Source: a virus (taxonomy: Duplodnaviria; Heunggongvirae; Uroviricota; Caudoviricetes). From it: a stretch of DNA of 64,000 nucleotides. Made by a program: the position numbers and the translations under genes. This document shows positions 47,662-58,741 of this stretch, in pieces. The notes under the pieces are model-generated. The model saw only the letters and a program-made list of their open reading frames with translations, made no database searches and was not told where the DNA came from. The stretch spans positions 1 through 64,000 of the IMG/VR virus record IMGVR_UViG_3300035670_000056. One strand, given 5' to 3'. Each line of letters starts with the position of its first letter. Positions within the stretch are counted from its first letter, which is position 1.

Positions 47662-48054
47662 TTATTCCGAAATTAATTTCCAAGATTGTGTTGTTTCATC
47701 CCAATTATATATATTTCCGTCATTTGGATATGGTATGGGTGATTCCCAATTACAGGTTTGTTCGTTTAATATCCAACTTGGATATGGTTGCGGTGGTATG
47801 AATGCATCTAAGTTCATATCATATTTAAATCCAATTCCAGCAAAATTTTTTCTAAATGCTTTAGATTGATCGCCATCTGGTAAATTTGTTATTGAATTAT
47901 AATATATACCCCCTTTAGTATTATAACTAGTTCGTTTACATATCTGTCCCTTTTTAATTGTATAATAATTTTCCCAATCAAAAAGTCTTTCGTCTTTACC
48001 GACAATCACTTCGGTAACTACATAATCTTCATTTAAAAATGCGTAATGTGCCAT
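47662..48054 (-). CDS. Trp/Tyr-rich small protein (130 aa)
   Basis: ORF track. Confidence 0.4.
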   Translation of the reverse strand: MAHYAFLNEDYVVTEVIVGKDERLFDWENYYTIKKGQICKRTSYNTKGGIYYNSITNLPDGDQSKAFRKNFAGIGFKYDMNLDAFIPPQPYPSWILNEQTCNWESPIPYPNDGNIYNWDETTQSWKLISE

Positions 48055-48058
48055 ATTT

Positions 48059-50881
48059 TTAAGAAATTGTTATTGTGTCTGAACCAGCTGTAAACGTAGT
48101 AATTTTATAACTCCCAGTAATAACAGTCGATGAGGTCAAACCCACCCCAATTGTTAAAGTTCTACTAGATAAATATTTTACAATTACAATACCTGATCCA
48201 CCATTATATCCATTTTCATTTGGATATCCGCCGCCACCTCCACCTCCTCCGCGTGATGCTTCGCCCGCAGATCCGTTTCCATTTCCATAGTTACCATTTC
48301 CACCTCCGCCTAGACCACCTGCTCCACGATTGGTGATACCAGCGTAACCACCATATACACCGCCGCCTCCGCCGCCAGCATAATATATTGGAGTGCTTGA
48401 AATATTAGATATAAGTCCATTTCCACCATTACCCCCTGAACCAGGAGTATAACTTCCGCCAATAGCACCAGCCCCACCTCCACCACCACCAGCATATGGC
48501 GGACTAGTAGGACTACCAGCTCCACCATTATTACCTTGAGACACAGTTCCAGATCCACCAGCACCCTGGGTTGCACCACCTCCACCTGAACCGCCTGGGT
48601 TAGCCGGTTTGTATTCAGATCCTCCTCCGCCGCCACCTGTCGATGTAATTGATGCAAATACACTGTTTCCTCCGTTTGTTCCATTTACGGATCTAGATGG
48701 TGAGCTAGATCCTCCTGATCCAACTGAAATAGTGTATGGTACAGATCGATTCAAACCTAAAGACCCGGTACGAAAACCACCGGCACCTCCACCACCAGCG
48801 TGTGCAATTCCGCCGCCGCCTCCACCTGCTAAAACCAAATATTGAAATTGGTCTTGGCTGGTAATATATGTTATAGCGTTTATTTTAAATGCAGATGCAC
48901 CATCAGTATTCATCAAATATATTGGATAAGTACCTTCATTTTTTGAAATTACATTCACATTAAGTTTGTTGCTATTCACATATGTAACCACTGATCCAGA
49001 CGTATTATCTATAAATATAGATGCACTGGGCTTAAAATTACTGCCTGATATAGTAATGTAACTGGTATTGGGTTTGAATAAATCTATAGCTGATGCTGTG
49101 GTTGGGGTATAACTACTGTTTGTATATATAATTGACTTTATTTTGGGTATATCTAATGAATTGATCGAATTTAAAGCATTTGTAGCATAACTGCTAGTTA
49201 CACTTACATTATTATAATCAAGCACATTCACATATACTCTATCAATACTAGCACTCAAAGATCCACTCGGTGGATTGCTAGGAACAGTCATCTTTACCAC
49301 TTTAAGCGAACTATCACTCAATTTTTGTACACCATAATCTACATTTGCATCATTCAATCCGCCTACTGTACCTATATATTTTGTTAGTGATTGATATGTA
49401 GAAACATTATTATAAAATTGAGAATTTGGAGGTGTAAAATTACTGGTATATCTAGCTACACCTTTGGTTATTCTCAATTCATCAATATAACCAATAAAAT
49501 ATCTACCATAAAATTGGTCCGCCCCTATTCTGGCGCCAGAACTAAGATTACTGATACCACCGCTAAAAGTGCCTGTCGCACGAGATGTTCCATCAACATA
49601 GCACACCCAAGCACTACCATTTCTTACTATAGCAATATGATGCCATACATCATCTCTAATACTTACAGCTGTTGTTAATAACAGAGGTGTAACATTTGAA
49701 TAATCAGCCACATATAATGCAATATCACCTGCAGTACTTGATGCAGCATTTATCATCAGCGACCACATACCACTGGTGAAACTATCCGGCATCCTAGAAT
49801 AAAGAGTAGCGTATTGAACACCACTTGTAGTTTTTATCCACATCTCCCAAGTCAAATTATTTGTACCTGGTTCTAAAGATTCATTATCTGGTACAGAAAG
49901 ATAATCATTTGTACCATCAAAATATACACTAGCACCGCCAAATTTGCTTTGTGCAGTGCTTATGGCTGCGCCATTGACTGAAGTAACAGTAAAGTTATTT
50001 TTACTATTATCTGTCATAGTGGTACTACCATTTGTACCATTAAAGTGCATCAATAAACTACAACTGTTGTAATATTGATCACCTGGTACAACTACAGCAT
50101 CCCATTCTTCAATTACATTTACATTCCACTTGTTACCGCTTAAATTTAAGCCGGTAATTACGTTTTGACTACCTGAGACTACATTATACAATATGGTTTG
50201 CTTGGCTAAGCTACCTGTTGTGACAATTCCACTTCCGCCGTTAATATAACGTATATCAATGATGCTACCATTTTGTGGTGGGGAGCTTAAAGTTAATGTG
50301 GTACCACTTACAGTATAATAATTACCACTTCTACCTTGCAACACACCATCTACATTTACCAATATTTGATCACGATTAGCTACACTTTGTGATAAAGCAT
50401 AAGTGGTAGTACTACCATTTCCTATATAAGTTTGACCCAACGATAAAGCTGGAGTGGTACTGGTTCCACTACTGCCACTACTACCTGGCGATCCAGCTCC
50501 ACTAGTGCCACTACTGCCTGTACCACCACTACTACCGCTTGTACCACTGTTTCCACTGGATCCTGATGTTCCACTAGATCCACTAGACCCACTAGTGCCT
50601 GGAGAACCTACACCACTGGTGCCGCTACTACCAGCAGTGGCACTAGTACCAGATGATCCACTCGTACCACTATTACCTGATGAACCTGAAGTGCCATTTG
50701 CACCGCTACTTCCGCTACTACCACTTGTACCATTTGCGCCACTTGTGCCTGATGAACCAGCTGCTCCACCTAATACATAACTAGCTGTTAGTGCTCTGCG
50801 AGCATAACTGCCTGTGCCACTGAAAGATCCTGTAAAAGATCCTTGAGATATTAAAGATGGTAATATTTTTAGTAATGGCAT
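48059..50881 (-). CDS. Mosaic fibre protein (940 aa) with a Gly-rich C-terminal half
   Basis: Same anchor, collagen-like block, LamG and LTKYIGTVGG modules, then long GGGxGG tracts. Confidence 0.6.
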   Translation of the reverse strand: MPLLKILPSLISQGSFTGSFSGTGSYARRALTASYVLGGAAGSSGTSGANGTSGSSGSSGANGTSGSSGNSGTSGSSGTSATAGSSGTSGVGSPGTSGSSGSSGTSGSSGNSGTSGSSGGTGSSGTSGAGSPGSSGSSGTSTTPALSLGQTYIGNGSTTTYALSQSVANRDQILVNVDGVLQGRSGNYYTVSGTTLTLSSPPQNGSIIDIRYINGGSGIVTTGSLAKQTILYNVVSGSQNVITGLNLSGNKWNVNVIEEWDAVVVPGDQYYNSCSLLMHFNGTNGSTTMTDNSKNNFTVTSVNGAAISTAQSKFGGASVYFDGTNDYLSVPDNESLEPGTNNLTWEMWIKTTSGVQYATLYSRMPDSFTSGMWSLMINAASSTAGDIALYVADYSNVTPLLLTTAVSIRDDVWHHIAIVRNGSAWVCYVDGTSRATGTFSGGISNLSSGARIGADQFYGRYFIGYIDELRITKGVARYTSNFTPPNSQFYNNVSTYQSLTKYIGTVGGLNDANVDYGVQKLSDSSLKVVKMTVPSNPPSGSLSASIDRVYVNVLDYNNVSVTSSYATNALNSINSLDIPKIKSIIYTNSSYTPTTASAIDLFKPNTSYITISGSNFKPSASIFIDNTSGSVVTYVNSNKLNVNVISKNEGTYPIYLMNTDGASAFKINAITYITSQDQFQYLVLAGGGGGGIAHAGGGGAGGFRTGSLGLNRSVPYTISVGSGGSSSPSRSVNGTNGGNSVFASITSTGGGGGGSEYKPANPGGSGGGGATQGAGGSGTVSQGNNGGAGSPTSPPYAGGGGGGAGAIGGSYTPGSGGNGGNGLISNISSTPIYYAGGGGGGVYGGYAGITNRGAGGLGGGGNGNYGNGNGSAGEASRGGGGGGGGYPNENGYNGGSGIVIVKYLSSRTLTIGVGLTSSTVITGSYKITTFTAGSDTITIS

Positions 50882-50896
50882 AAATTATTTATGTAT

Positions 50897-51724
50897 TTAA
50901 TTAGCAATATATAACCAAGCTCTTAATGTATTACTCGTTGAACCAGCATAATCTGTATAGCCAGCACTATATGATACATTTCCAATAGGTCCACCTCCTG
51001 CATTTTTAATTCCAATGCCTATCATTCTATCTCTACTATCACTTGAATCTTGATCGGCAGTCCAACCAAATCTACAATAACCAAACACTGTGGGGTCCGG
51101 CGTTCCGTGTTGCCAACCGTATCTATAAAAAGTTGAACCCCAATTCATAGCACTAAAACCTGCACTTATAATAGCGGCGCCCCATCCGCCAGGTCTAGCT
51201 GCACTTGATGGTGGAATTAAATTACCTCCTGCAATAGTTGTTCCGTTTGGCGTTACTGCAGTAGGAATGCTTATAACGCCATTTGCTAATGCTCTAGCAG
51301 TATAACTTGAATGGTCTAAATAATGTAAATATGAATTTGTATTTTGATATAATGCTAAAGCAGTTCTAGTTGTTGATGTATTATAAAAAGCTGTATGAAC
51401 TTGATTACTGGCACTAGTTGGATTTAATGCTGTGATTATTCCTCCTGTTGTATCTGTCCATACGGTTGAATCATAACCATATGTTGAACCTGCACCTGAA
51501 GTAGTCATTATTAATATGTACGGCCCACCATTTAATGAAAAATTCACGTAACATTCTGTACTTATTGAATTAATTAATATAAAATAATTACCATCAGTCG
51601 AAACGCCGAAATTTGCTAATTGTGTTGCGGAAGTGGCAGGATTACCTTGACTTCTACCAACTAAAACAGGATTAACAGCATTAGTACTGTTGTATCTTGA
51701 AGTGCTTAATGTTTTTACATTCAT
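50897..51724 (-). CDS. Structural hypothetical protein (275 aa)
   Basis: ORF track. Confidence 0.45.
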   Translation of the reverse strand: MNVKTLSTSRYNSTNAVNPVLVGRSQGNPATSATQLANFGVSTDGNYFILINSISTECYVNFSLNGGPYILIMTTSGAGSTYGYDSTVWTDTTGGIITALNPTSASNQVHTAFYNTSTTRTALALYQNTNSYLHYLDHSSYTARALANGVISIPTAVTPNGTTIAGGNLIPPSSAARPGGWGAAIISAGFSAMNWGSTFYRYGWQHGTPDPTVFGYCRFGWTADQDSSDSRDRMIGIGIKNAGGGPIGNVSYSAGYTDYAGSTSNTLRAWLYIAN

Positions 51725-51725
51725 A

Positions 51726-52055
51726 TTAACTTATTTCTGTACCAAATAAATTGAATGATTGACTAATTGACGATGCGTATACTTTTACTTTATCATATTG
51801 ACCCAACGTCATTCCTATAGTTAATGATATACTATCGTTTGCTGGTACTACAGTGTTATATGCTAAATAATTTTTTGCTTGCAATGATGATCCAGATGGT
51901 ACCACCGAAATTCTAAATGTTCCATTGGTAGCAGCTAAATTTGCAATATTTAATGTTGAACACACTGTGGATTTACCAGCGGGTACAGTATATAAATCAA
52001 CACTCGATGTTAAAGCCGGATTTGATTGTCCTAAAATTTTATAAACTGTTGCCAT
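51726..52055 (-). CDS. Small beta-rich structural protein (109 aa)
   Basis: ORF track. Confidence 0.4.
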   Translation of the reverse strand: MATVYKILGQSNPALTSSVDLYTVPAGKSTVCSTLNIANLAATNGTFRISVVPSGSSLQAKNYLAYNTVVPANDSISLTIGMTLGQYDKVKVYASSISQSFNLFGTEIS

Positions 52056-52083
52056 ATTCTATATATATTTTTTACATTTTGTT

Positions 52084-55000
52084 TTACGCCAACAAAAATG
52101 GATGAAACGATTCGCCAGTTCCGCCCCCACTTGCATTTAAAGAATAACTAGCAGTCAAAGCATTTGCAGCATAACTGCTGGTTACATTTACTTTATTATA
52201 GTCCAACACATTCACATACACCCTATCCACACTGCTGCTCAATGAACCACTTGGAAATGGTGATGTGGTTTGACTCATCTTTACCACTTTAAGCGAACTA
52301 TCACTCAACTTCTGCACACCATAATCTACACTTTTATCATTTAAACCACCAATCAAACCAACATATTTGGTTGCATATTGCGTTAGTCCTGTATTATCAG
52401 GAAATTGTGTAGTAGGCGGTGTAAAATTACTAGTATATCTAGCTACACCTTTGGTTACTCTTAAATCGTCAATATAACCGTTTAAAAAAGCTCCTTGACC
52501 AGTTTCACATCCAATATAAGTAGTTGCACCTGTGCCTACTGCACTTGAATAAGCTGCGGTGCCTTTTTGAACTCCGTCTACATATAGATATAAATTATTA
52601 CTATATCTTACGAATGCTAAATGATACCAAGTATTGGTTGTCATACCGTGTGTACCATTTACTGATTGACCATCATTATTTTGAATTATTAATTTGGTTT
52701 GACCAATTATAAATCCTATACCATCTCCCAAATTTGGAGTTCCTATTGTAATTACTATAAAGTGTGAACTATAATTTGTTGGCCAAGCATCACTTGTAGG
52801 CATTGCATTTAATCTGACCCAACATTCTACCGTAAAATCTGATGAAGCAAAATTAAGTATATTATTTCCAGAAATACTAACATAATCGTTTGTGCCGTCT
52901 AATGCTAAACTTGTACCTCCAAATTTACTTTGAACCGAACTAAGTGCAGCTCCATTTGTTGCGGTCAAAACAAAGTTATTTTTGCTATTATCTGTCATAG
53001 TGGTACTACCATTTGTACCATTAAAATGCATCAATAAACTACAGCTATTATAATATTGATCGCCAGGTACAACTACAGCATCCCATTCTTCTTTTATATC
53101 TATACCCCACTTGTTGCCGCTTAAATTCAATCCGGTTATAACATTCTGACTGCCAGATACAACATTATACAATATGGTTTGTTTAGCTAAACTGCCTGTT
53201 TGAACAGTACCATTTATACCACTTGTGCCACTTGAACCTTGACCAGCATTTATAAATCGAACATCAATCAATCCACCACTTTGAACGGGGTCACTCAAAG
53301 TTAAAGTTGTACCACTTACAGTATAATTGCTACCACTTCTGCTTTGAACCACACCATTAGTTACAACAAGTATTTGATCTCTATTTGCTGCGGTTTGACT
53401 CAAAGTATATACAGTTTGACTACCATTGCTTACAAATGTTTGTCCAACTGCAAGTGAAGATCCACCCCCACTAGCATTTAAAGCATAACTAGCTGTTAAA
53501 GATCTACGAGACCAACTGCTTGTAATAGGATAGGTACTACCAGTTGCTAATGAAGCACCCCCACCACTGGTACCACTACTACCACTAACACCAGTTGCGC
53601 CACTGGATCCCGATGTACCATTTGCACCACTGGTACCTGACGATCCACTACTTCCACTATTGCCTGAAGTACCTGACGTTCCAGTCGCTCCAGTTGCACC
53701 ACTGGTACCACTACTGCCATTTGCACCACCACCCAATATATAACTAGCAGTCAAAGCATTGGTAGCATAACTACTGGTCACACTAACGTTTGTGTAATTA
53801 AGCACGTTTACGTACACTCTATCCACTGATGAACTCAATGAACCACTTGGAAATGGTGTGGTTGTTTGAGACATTTTAACCACTTTAAGTGAACTGTCAC
53901 TTAGTTTTTGTACTCCATAATCTACATTTTTGTCATTTAATCCGCCAATCAATCCAATATATTTAGTTGCATATTGTGTTGATCCTACATTGGTTGGAAA
54001 TTGAGATGTAGCTGGGGTAAAATTGCCAGTGTATCTAGCCACACCGTTTGTAATTCTAATATTTGATAAATACCCAGGAAAATGCCATAGAGCACCATCA
54101 ACTGAACTGAATCCACTCTGTCTTCCGATATACAAGTTATTATTAGCAGCAGGAGTAACATTTAAATTAATTGAATTCCAAGATACAGAGCTATCTGTTC
54201 CTACAAGTGATCCATTATACCAAAATTTAATTTGATTTGAAGTTCTAGTTACCGCAACGTGTACCCACGTATTCAATGGAATATTAATAGCATTACTTGA
54301 AACACCATAATAATCGGGTGCACCAAAACTGTTTCCACCTTTCGTTGCAAAGGATAATCTATTTCCAGCTTGTACGTTATATATAAATGAATAAAAAACT
54401 CTACTGTTTGAGTTTTCTGAGAAATAATTTCCTAATTGTATTAATGGTGCATATGTTTCACCTACAGCTGTGGTGCCATTTTGCGTCAAATATAAGAAAC
54501 ACTCTATAGTAAAATCATTTGTACCTAATAACAACGAAGTTGTATTTGGTGTAGTAAGATAATCACCATTACCATCTAAATAAAGACTACCCCCACTAAA
54601 TTTACTTTGCGCCGTACTAATTTGAGCATTACCATTAGCAGTCATCGTTTTCGGCGATGAACTATTGTCAACAAATGTTGTACTTCCGTTGCTTCCGGTG
54701 AGACGTAATAATAAATTTACATTATTATAATATTGATCGCCTGGTACAACCGCATAGTCCCATTCTTCTTTAATATCTACACCCCACTTATTTCCGCTCA
54801 AATTCAACCCAGTGATTACGTTTTGACTGCCTGAGACCACATTGTATAATACGGTTTGTTTAGCAATACTGCCTGTTTGCAAACTTGCAGTGATACTTGT
54901 ACCACTTGTTCCTGATGTACCGGAACCACCACCAGACACATAACTAGCTGTTAATGATTTAAGTGCATAACTACTAGTTAATTGTATTGGCAAACCAGGC

Positions 55001-55560
55001 ACTTCAATTTGTTTGGATGCGGTATTTACCACAACAATTGGTAATGCATTTGCAAACACAATTGAAGCGGATGTGGACAATTTAACATCACCAATGTATA
55101 AGCTACCGGTGCTTACATATATATCTTTCCATCTAACATCGGATGTGCCTAAACTATAGGTATTGTTTTTAGCTGGTATTAAAGATTGGCTTATGGTGGT
55201 TAAATAACTCGCAGTAACTGCTTTTCTTGACCAACTGCTTGTTATAGGATATGCACTACCTGTATTTAATGAAGCTCCTCCACCACTTGTTCCACTTGAA
55301 CCATTATTTCCACTGGATCCACTTGAACCACTTGTGCCACTATTACCGCTAGTGCCGCTACTTCCACTATTACCACTTGTGCCACTTGTGCCACTTGTGC
55401 CTGTTGCACCACTGGTTCCACTGGTTCCACTGCCGCCACTCGCATTCAAAGCATAACTTGCGGTTAATGCTCTTTTTGAATAACTGCTGGTACCATAAAA
55501 TGAACCAGTAAAGCTACCACTTGAAATTAATGCGGGTAATACCTTCGTTAACGTCAACAT
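52084..55560 (-). CDS. Mosaic fibre protein (1158 aa), two concatenated units
   Basis: Two collagen-like blocks, two LamG domains, and two LQTGSLAKQT...WDAVVVPGDQYYN modules. Confidence 0.6.
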   Translation of the reverse strand: MLTLTKVLPALISSGSFTGSFYGTSSYSKRALTASYALNASGGSGTSGTSGATGTSGTSGTSGNSGSSGTSGNSGTSGSSGSSGNNGSSGTSGGGASLNTGSAYPITSSWSRKAVTASYLTTISQSLIPAKNNTYSLGTSDVRWKDIYVSTGSLYIGDVKLSTSASIVFANALPIVVVNTASKQIEVPGLPIQLTSSYALKSLTASYVSGGGSGTSGTSGTSITASLQTGSIAKQTVLYNVVSGSQNVITGLNLSGNKWGVDIKEEWDYAVVPGDQYYNNVNLLLRLTGSNGSTTFVDNSSSPKTMTANGNAQISTAQSKFSGGSLYLDGNGDYLTTPNTTSLLLGTNDFTIECFLYLTQNGTTAVGETYAPLIQLGNYFSENSNSRVFYSFIYNVQAGNRLSFATKGGNSFGAPDYYGVSSNAINIPLNTWVHVAVTRTSNQIKFWYNGSLVGTDSSVSWNSINLNVTPAANNNLYIGRQSGFSSVDGALWHFPGYLSNIRITNGVARYTGNFTPATSQFPTNVGSTQYATKYIGLIGGLNDKNVDYGVQKLSDSSLKVVKMSQTTTPFPSGSLSSSVDRVYVNVLNYTNVSVTSSYATNALTASYILGGGANGSSGTSGATGATGTSGTSGNSGSSGSSGTSGANGTSGSSGATGVSGSSGTSGGGASLATGSTYPITSSWSRRSLTASYALNASGGGSSLAVGQTFVSNGSQTVYTLSQTAANRDQILVVTNGVVQSRSGSNYTVSGTTLTLSDPVQSGGLIDVRFINAGQGSSGTSGINGTVQTGSLAKQTILYNVVSGSQNVITGLNLSGNKWGIDIKEEWDAVVVPGDQYYNSCSLLMHFNGTNGSTTMTDNSKNNFVLTATNGAALSSVQSKFGGTSLALDGTNDYVSISGNNILNFASSDFTVECWVRLNAMPTSDAWPTNYSSHFIVITIGTPNLGDGIGFIIGQTKLIIQNNDGQSVNGTHGMTTNTWYHLAFVRYSNNLYLYVDGVQKGTAAYSSAVGTGATTYIGCETGQGAFLNGYIDDLRVTKGVARYTSNFTPPTTQFPDNTGLTQYATKYVGLIGGLNDKSVDYGVQKLSDSSLKVVKMSQTTSPFPSGSLSSSVDRVYVNVLDYNKVNVTSSYAANALTASYSLNASGGGTGESFHPFLLA

Positions 55561-55605
55561 ATCATATAAATATCACAATTATACACATTTATCAAATTAA
55601 GATAT

Positions 55606-56310
55606 TTATCTTCCAAATCTACCTTTTACAGCATTATAATTTTGCAATATTTCAGTAGCTGTTAATACTCTATTATATAGTCTTACAATTGCTATATTAC
55701 CATTGAAATAACTAGGTGCCCAAGTAGCTGCTCCTATTTCTAGAGCAGTCGATGTATTAGGCAAAGTTGATGGTAAACTATTAACTCTACTACTATATGA
55801 AGTTTCTCTTCCATTAACAAAAGTTCTTAATTGAGCACTTGGTGTAGCCAAGCCAATTACTTGATTCCACGATCCCATAGTTACAACTCCTGTAACCGTT
55901 TCTAAATAAACGTCTGATCCCGGAGAACTCCAGTCAAAATATAATTGGCCCGTACTAATCGTTATAAATCTTGGATTATCAGGTGTAGCACCAGAATCAC
56001 TTGTTCCTCTATTTAAAAATGTGCCCGTTGTTGCAACAGTAGGTTTAATCCACGCTTCATATGTAGCACCTGTAGGAGTATTTAAAATAGCATTATAAGC
56101 AACACTTACATAATCATTGGTACCATCAAATACTATACTACCTTGATTACTCGCATTAAATGTAGGTCCATTAGTTAATGTACTATTATTGTTAACGCCA
56201 CTCAAATCCCTCCAAGTAGTACCAGTGCCACGATAACTATTTTTGTTAGCCGCATCTAATGCTAATATCAATCCATTTGTAACTATTTTTGGCCCTCTAG
56301 ATAATGACAT
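55606..56310 (-). CDS. LamG/ConA-like protein, triplet B member 3
   Basis: PKIVTNGLILALDAANKNSYRGTGTTWRDLSG...LQNYNAVKGRFG. Confidence 0.55.
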   Translation of the reverse strand: MSLSRGPKIVTNGLILALDAANKNSYRGTGTTWRDLSGVNNNSTLTNGPTFNASNQGSIVFDGTNDYVSVAYNAILNTPTGATYEAWIKPTVATTGTFLNRGTSDSGATPDNPRFITISTGQLYFDWSSPGSDVYLETVTGVVTMGSWNQVIGLATPSAQLRTFVNGRETSYSSRVNSLPSTLPNTSTALEIGAATWAPSYFNGNIAIVRLYNRVLTATEILQNYNAVKGRFGR

Positions 56311-56321
56311 ATATGTTATAA

Positions 56322-57035
56322 TTATCTATTAAATCTACTTTTAGTAGCATTATAGTTTTGAAGTACTTCTGTTGCAGTTAATGATCTGTTATATATTTGT
56401 GTATTAGCTATAGAACCCGCCCAATAATTTCCGGTTGGTCTTCTTGCAATTTGAACTGTATCTGTAGTTGTAGCATAAACGATTGTTCCCAATGTACCTG
56501 TACCGTTACTTAAAACGCCATCTATATATATTGATATTGTATTACTTCCAAGAGTTGATGTATTAGTTGTATAAATCGATACTATATTTCTCCAAGTATT
56601 ATTATTAACTGTTGCTGTACTCGTTCTGTTATAAGTATTAAAACCATCAGATCCTTTTGTAGTACCAGAAACTGTTCCTGCAGAGTCAAATTGAAACAGC
56701 CAACCAGCAGTAGAAGCAGTTGCACCTTTAGAAATAATAACACCACCTATAGAAGAAGTAGTTTTTATCCATAAACTCACAGTAAACGTGACATTTGCAA
56801 ATCGAAAATCTGTTCCAGTATTAGCCACATTAACATAATCATTTGTGCCATCAAATACAATACTTCCTTGATTACCAGCGCTAAATGTAGGTCCGTTGGT
56901 TAATGTGCCATTATTGCCATTTCCAGTTAAATCATTCCAAGTGGTACCTGATCCACGATAACTATTTTTATTAGCCGCATCCAAACACAAAACCAATCCG
57001 CTTTCAATTATATCTGGTCCAGTTTTTCCTGACAT
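56322..57035 (-). CDS. LamG/ConA-like protein, triplet B member 2
   Basis: Same conserved blocks. Confidence 0.55.
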   Translation of the reverse strand: MSGKTGPDIIESGLVLCLDAANKNSYRGSGTTWNDLTGNGNNGTLTNGPTFSAGNQGSIVFDGTNDYVNVANTGTDFRFANVTFTVSLWIKTTSSIGGVIISKGATASTAGWLFQFDSAGTVSGTTKGSDGFNTYNRTSTATVNNNTWRNIVSIYTTNTSTLGSNTISIYIDGVLSNGTGTLGTIVYATTTDTVQIARRPTGNYWAGSIANTQIYNRSLTATEVLQNYNATKSRFNR

Positions 57036-57046
57036 ATATATTATAA

Positions 57047-57727
57047 TTATAATGCAAATCTACTTTTAGTGGCATTATAGTTTTGAAGTATTTCGGTGGC
57101 AGTTAAAACTCTATTATAAATTAAAACTGAAGAAATTCTTCCGTTAAAAGGCCACTGAGATAAATTATTTTCATTACCTATGATACCATTAAATGGAGAA
57201 GATGTCATAGCGCTAAGAGTGAAAGGAGAACCTACTTGAAATCCATTAACATATAAAATAGTAGAAAATGTAGATGAATTGTATGTTACAGCTATTTGTA
57301 TCCAAGTATTAGTAGATATAACGTTAGTGACTTCTGCATTTACTGCTCCACCAGCATTAAAATATGTCAAATAACCAGCTACTCTATTCACTGTTAATAC
57401 CCAACCTGCGCCTGTAAGATTATTTGCATCTCTTGTTCCACATATTCCTGCTCTACTAGTAGTCGTGGGATAAATAAATGCACAAATTGTTTTTGAGCCC
57501 ACACCTGATATTTGTGTGGGAAAAGAACTAACATAATCATTGGTACCATCAAATACTATACTTCCTTGATTACCAGCGCTAAATGTAGGACCATTGGTTA
57601 ATGTACCATTGTTGTTATTACCGCTTAAATCGGTCCAAGTGGTACCAGTGCCACGATAACTGTTTTTGTTAGCAGCATCCAAACACAATACCAATCCATT
57701 TGATACAATTCTTGGTCCGTAATACAT
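57047..57727 (-). CDS. LamG/ConA-like protein, triplet B member 1
   Basis: Same conserved blocks. Confidence 0.55.
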   Translation of the reverse strand: MYYGPRIVSNGLVLCLDAANKNSYRGTGTTWTDLSGNNNNGTLTNGPTFSAGNQGSIVFDGTNDYVSSFPTQISGVGSKTICAFIYPTTTSRAGICGTRDANNLTGAGWVLTVNRVAGYLTYFNAGGAVNAEVTNVISTNTWIQIAVTYNSSTFSTILYVNGFQVGSPFTLSAMTSSPFNGIIGNENNLSQWPFNGRISSVLIYNRVLTATEILQNYNATKSRFAL

Positions 57728-57731
57728 AAAC

Positions 57732-58109
57732 TCAAGATTCCAATTTGGTATATTTATCTTTTACTGCAAGACACGCATCAAGATACACTTGCAATGCTTC
57801 GTTGTCATTTTTTACGATTGCATCTAAATAATTTGCCATTGGTGGATATGCATTTTTTCTTAGGTCAGATATGGTTCTTACAACTACTTCTTCATTTATT
57901 GTTAATCCCCATTGTTGACAATATGTAAAATCATATCCATCATAACCAGTAAAAGGTTCAAATGCAGAATAATTTGTTTTTGATAATACCAAGAAACTGG
58001 AACAATCTGGCGTTTGTGCAATTATTACAACATCATCGACTTGTTTTCTTTCTTCTGGTTTACCGAATAATAATTCGAAATTTTGAGATGGTAATTTATA
58101 AAGTTTCAT
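57732..58109 (-). CDS. Small structural-region protein (125 aa)
   Basis: ORF track. Confidence 0.4.
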   Translation of the reverse strand: MKLYKLPSQNFELLFGKPEERKQVDDVVIIAQTPDCSSFLVLSKTNYSAFEPFTGYDGYDFTYCQQWGLTINEEVVVRTISDLRKNAYPPMANYLDAIVKNDNEALQVYLDACLAVKDKYTKLES

Positions 58110-58110
58110 A

Positions 58111-58719
58111 TTATTGTATTAGTTTTGGTTCGTTTATGTTGTTTAACTTCAATGCATCAACAATATCTTTTTGTTCCAACAATATTGTTTCTTTTGGTAC
58201 TAACCCTACAAGTTTTAAAGATTCAAGTGTTTGTGGATTGCTCATTGCGTTTAACAATTTGGCTGGGGATGGTCTACCATTGGCAATAATTTCTGCTTGT
58301 ATTTCCCGTCCGATTGTTACAGTAAATTCGTTATTAGCATTGGCTTCAAACATTTGATCATCTGTATAACCAGGTATTCTGGTGGGTTCAACTATTGTAT
58401 ATAGTTCTGTTATTAGATTTTCTAAAATCTTTATTTCTTGACGGTTTAATTCAAATGCATGTTTTTGATCATCAAGATGTGATTCAAGTTCTAATATTTC
58501 TGCTTCTAAGTTTAAAATTACGTGGGGTAATGCTGGTAATTCTTTCAAATGTTTTAGTTCTGCTAATTTGGCTTTATATTTTAAATCCGCAACTTGTTCC
58601 AAAACAGCTGCTCTTTTTCTACCCACAAGAAAACCTTTTAATGTTTTTAACTTTTCCCAAGGGGTACTGCCTATAACTTGATAACGATAATTAAACTCCG
58701 AATTTAGATTTGATGCCAT
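58111..58719 (-). CDS. Coiled-coil protein (202 aa); possible assembly or chaperone role
   Basis: Heptad-rich LEQVADLKYKAKLAELKHLKE and similar segments. Confidence 0.4.
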   Translation of the reverse strand: MASNLNSEFNYRYQVIGSTPWEKLKTLKGFLVGRKRAAVLEQVADLKYKAKLAELKHLKELPALPHVILNLEAEILELESHLDDQKHAFELNRQEIKILENLITELYTIVEPTRIPGYTDDQMFEANANNEFTVTIGREIQAEIIANGRPSPAKLLNAMSNPQTLESLKLVGLVPKETILLEQKDIVDALKLNNINEPKLIQ

Positions 58720-58741
58720 ATGTTTGTTTAATATATATAGT

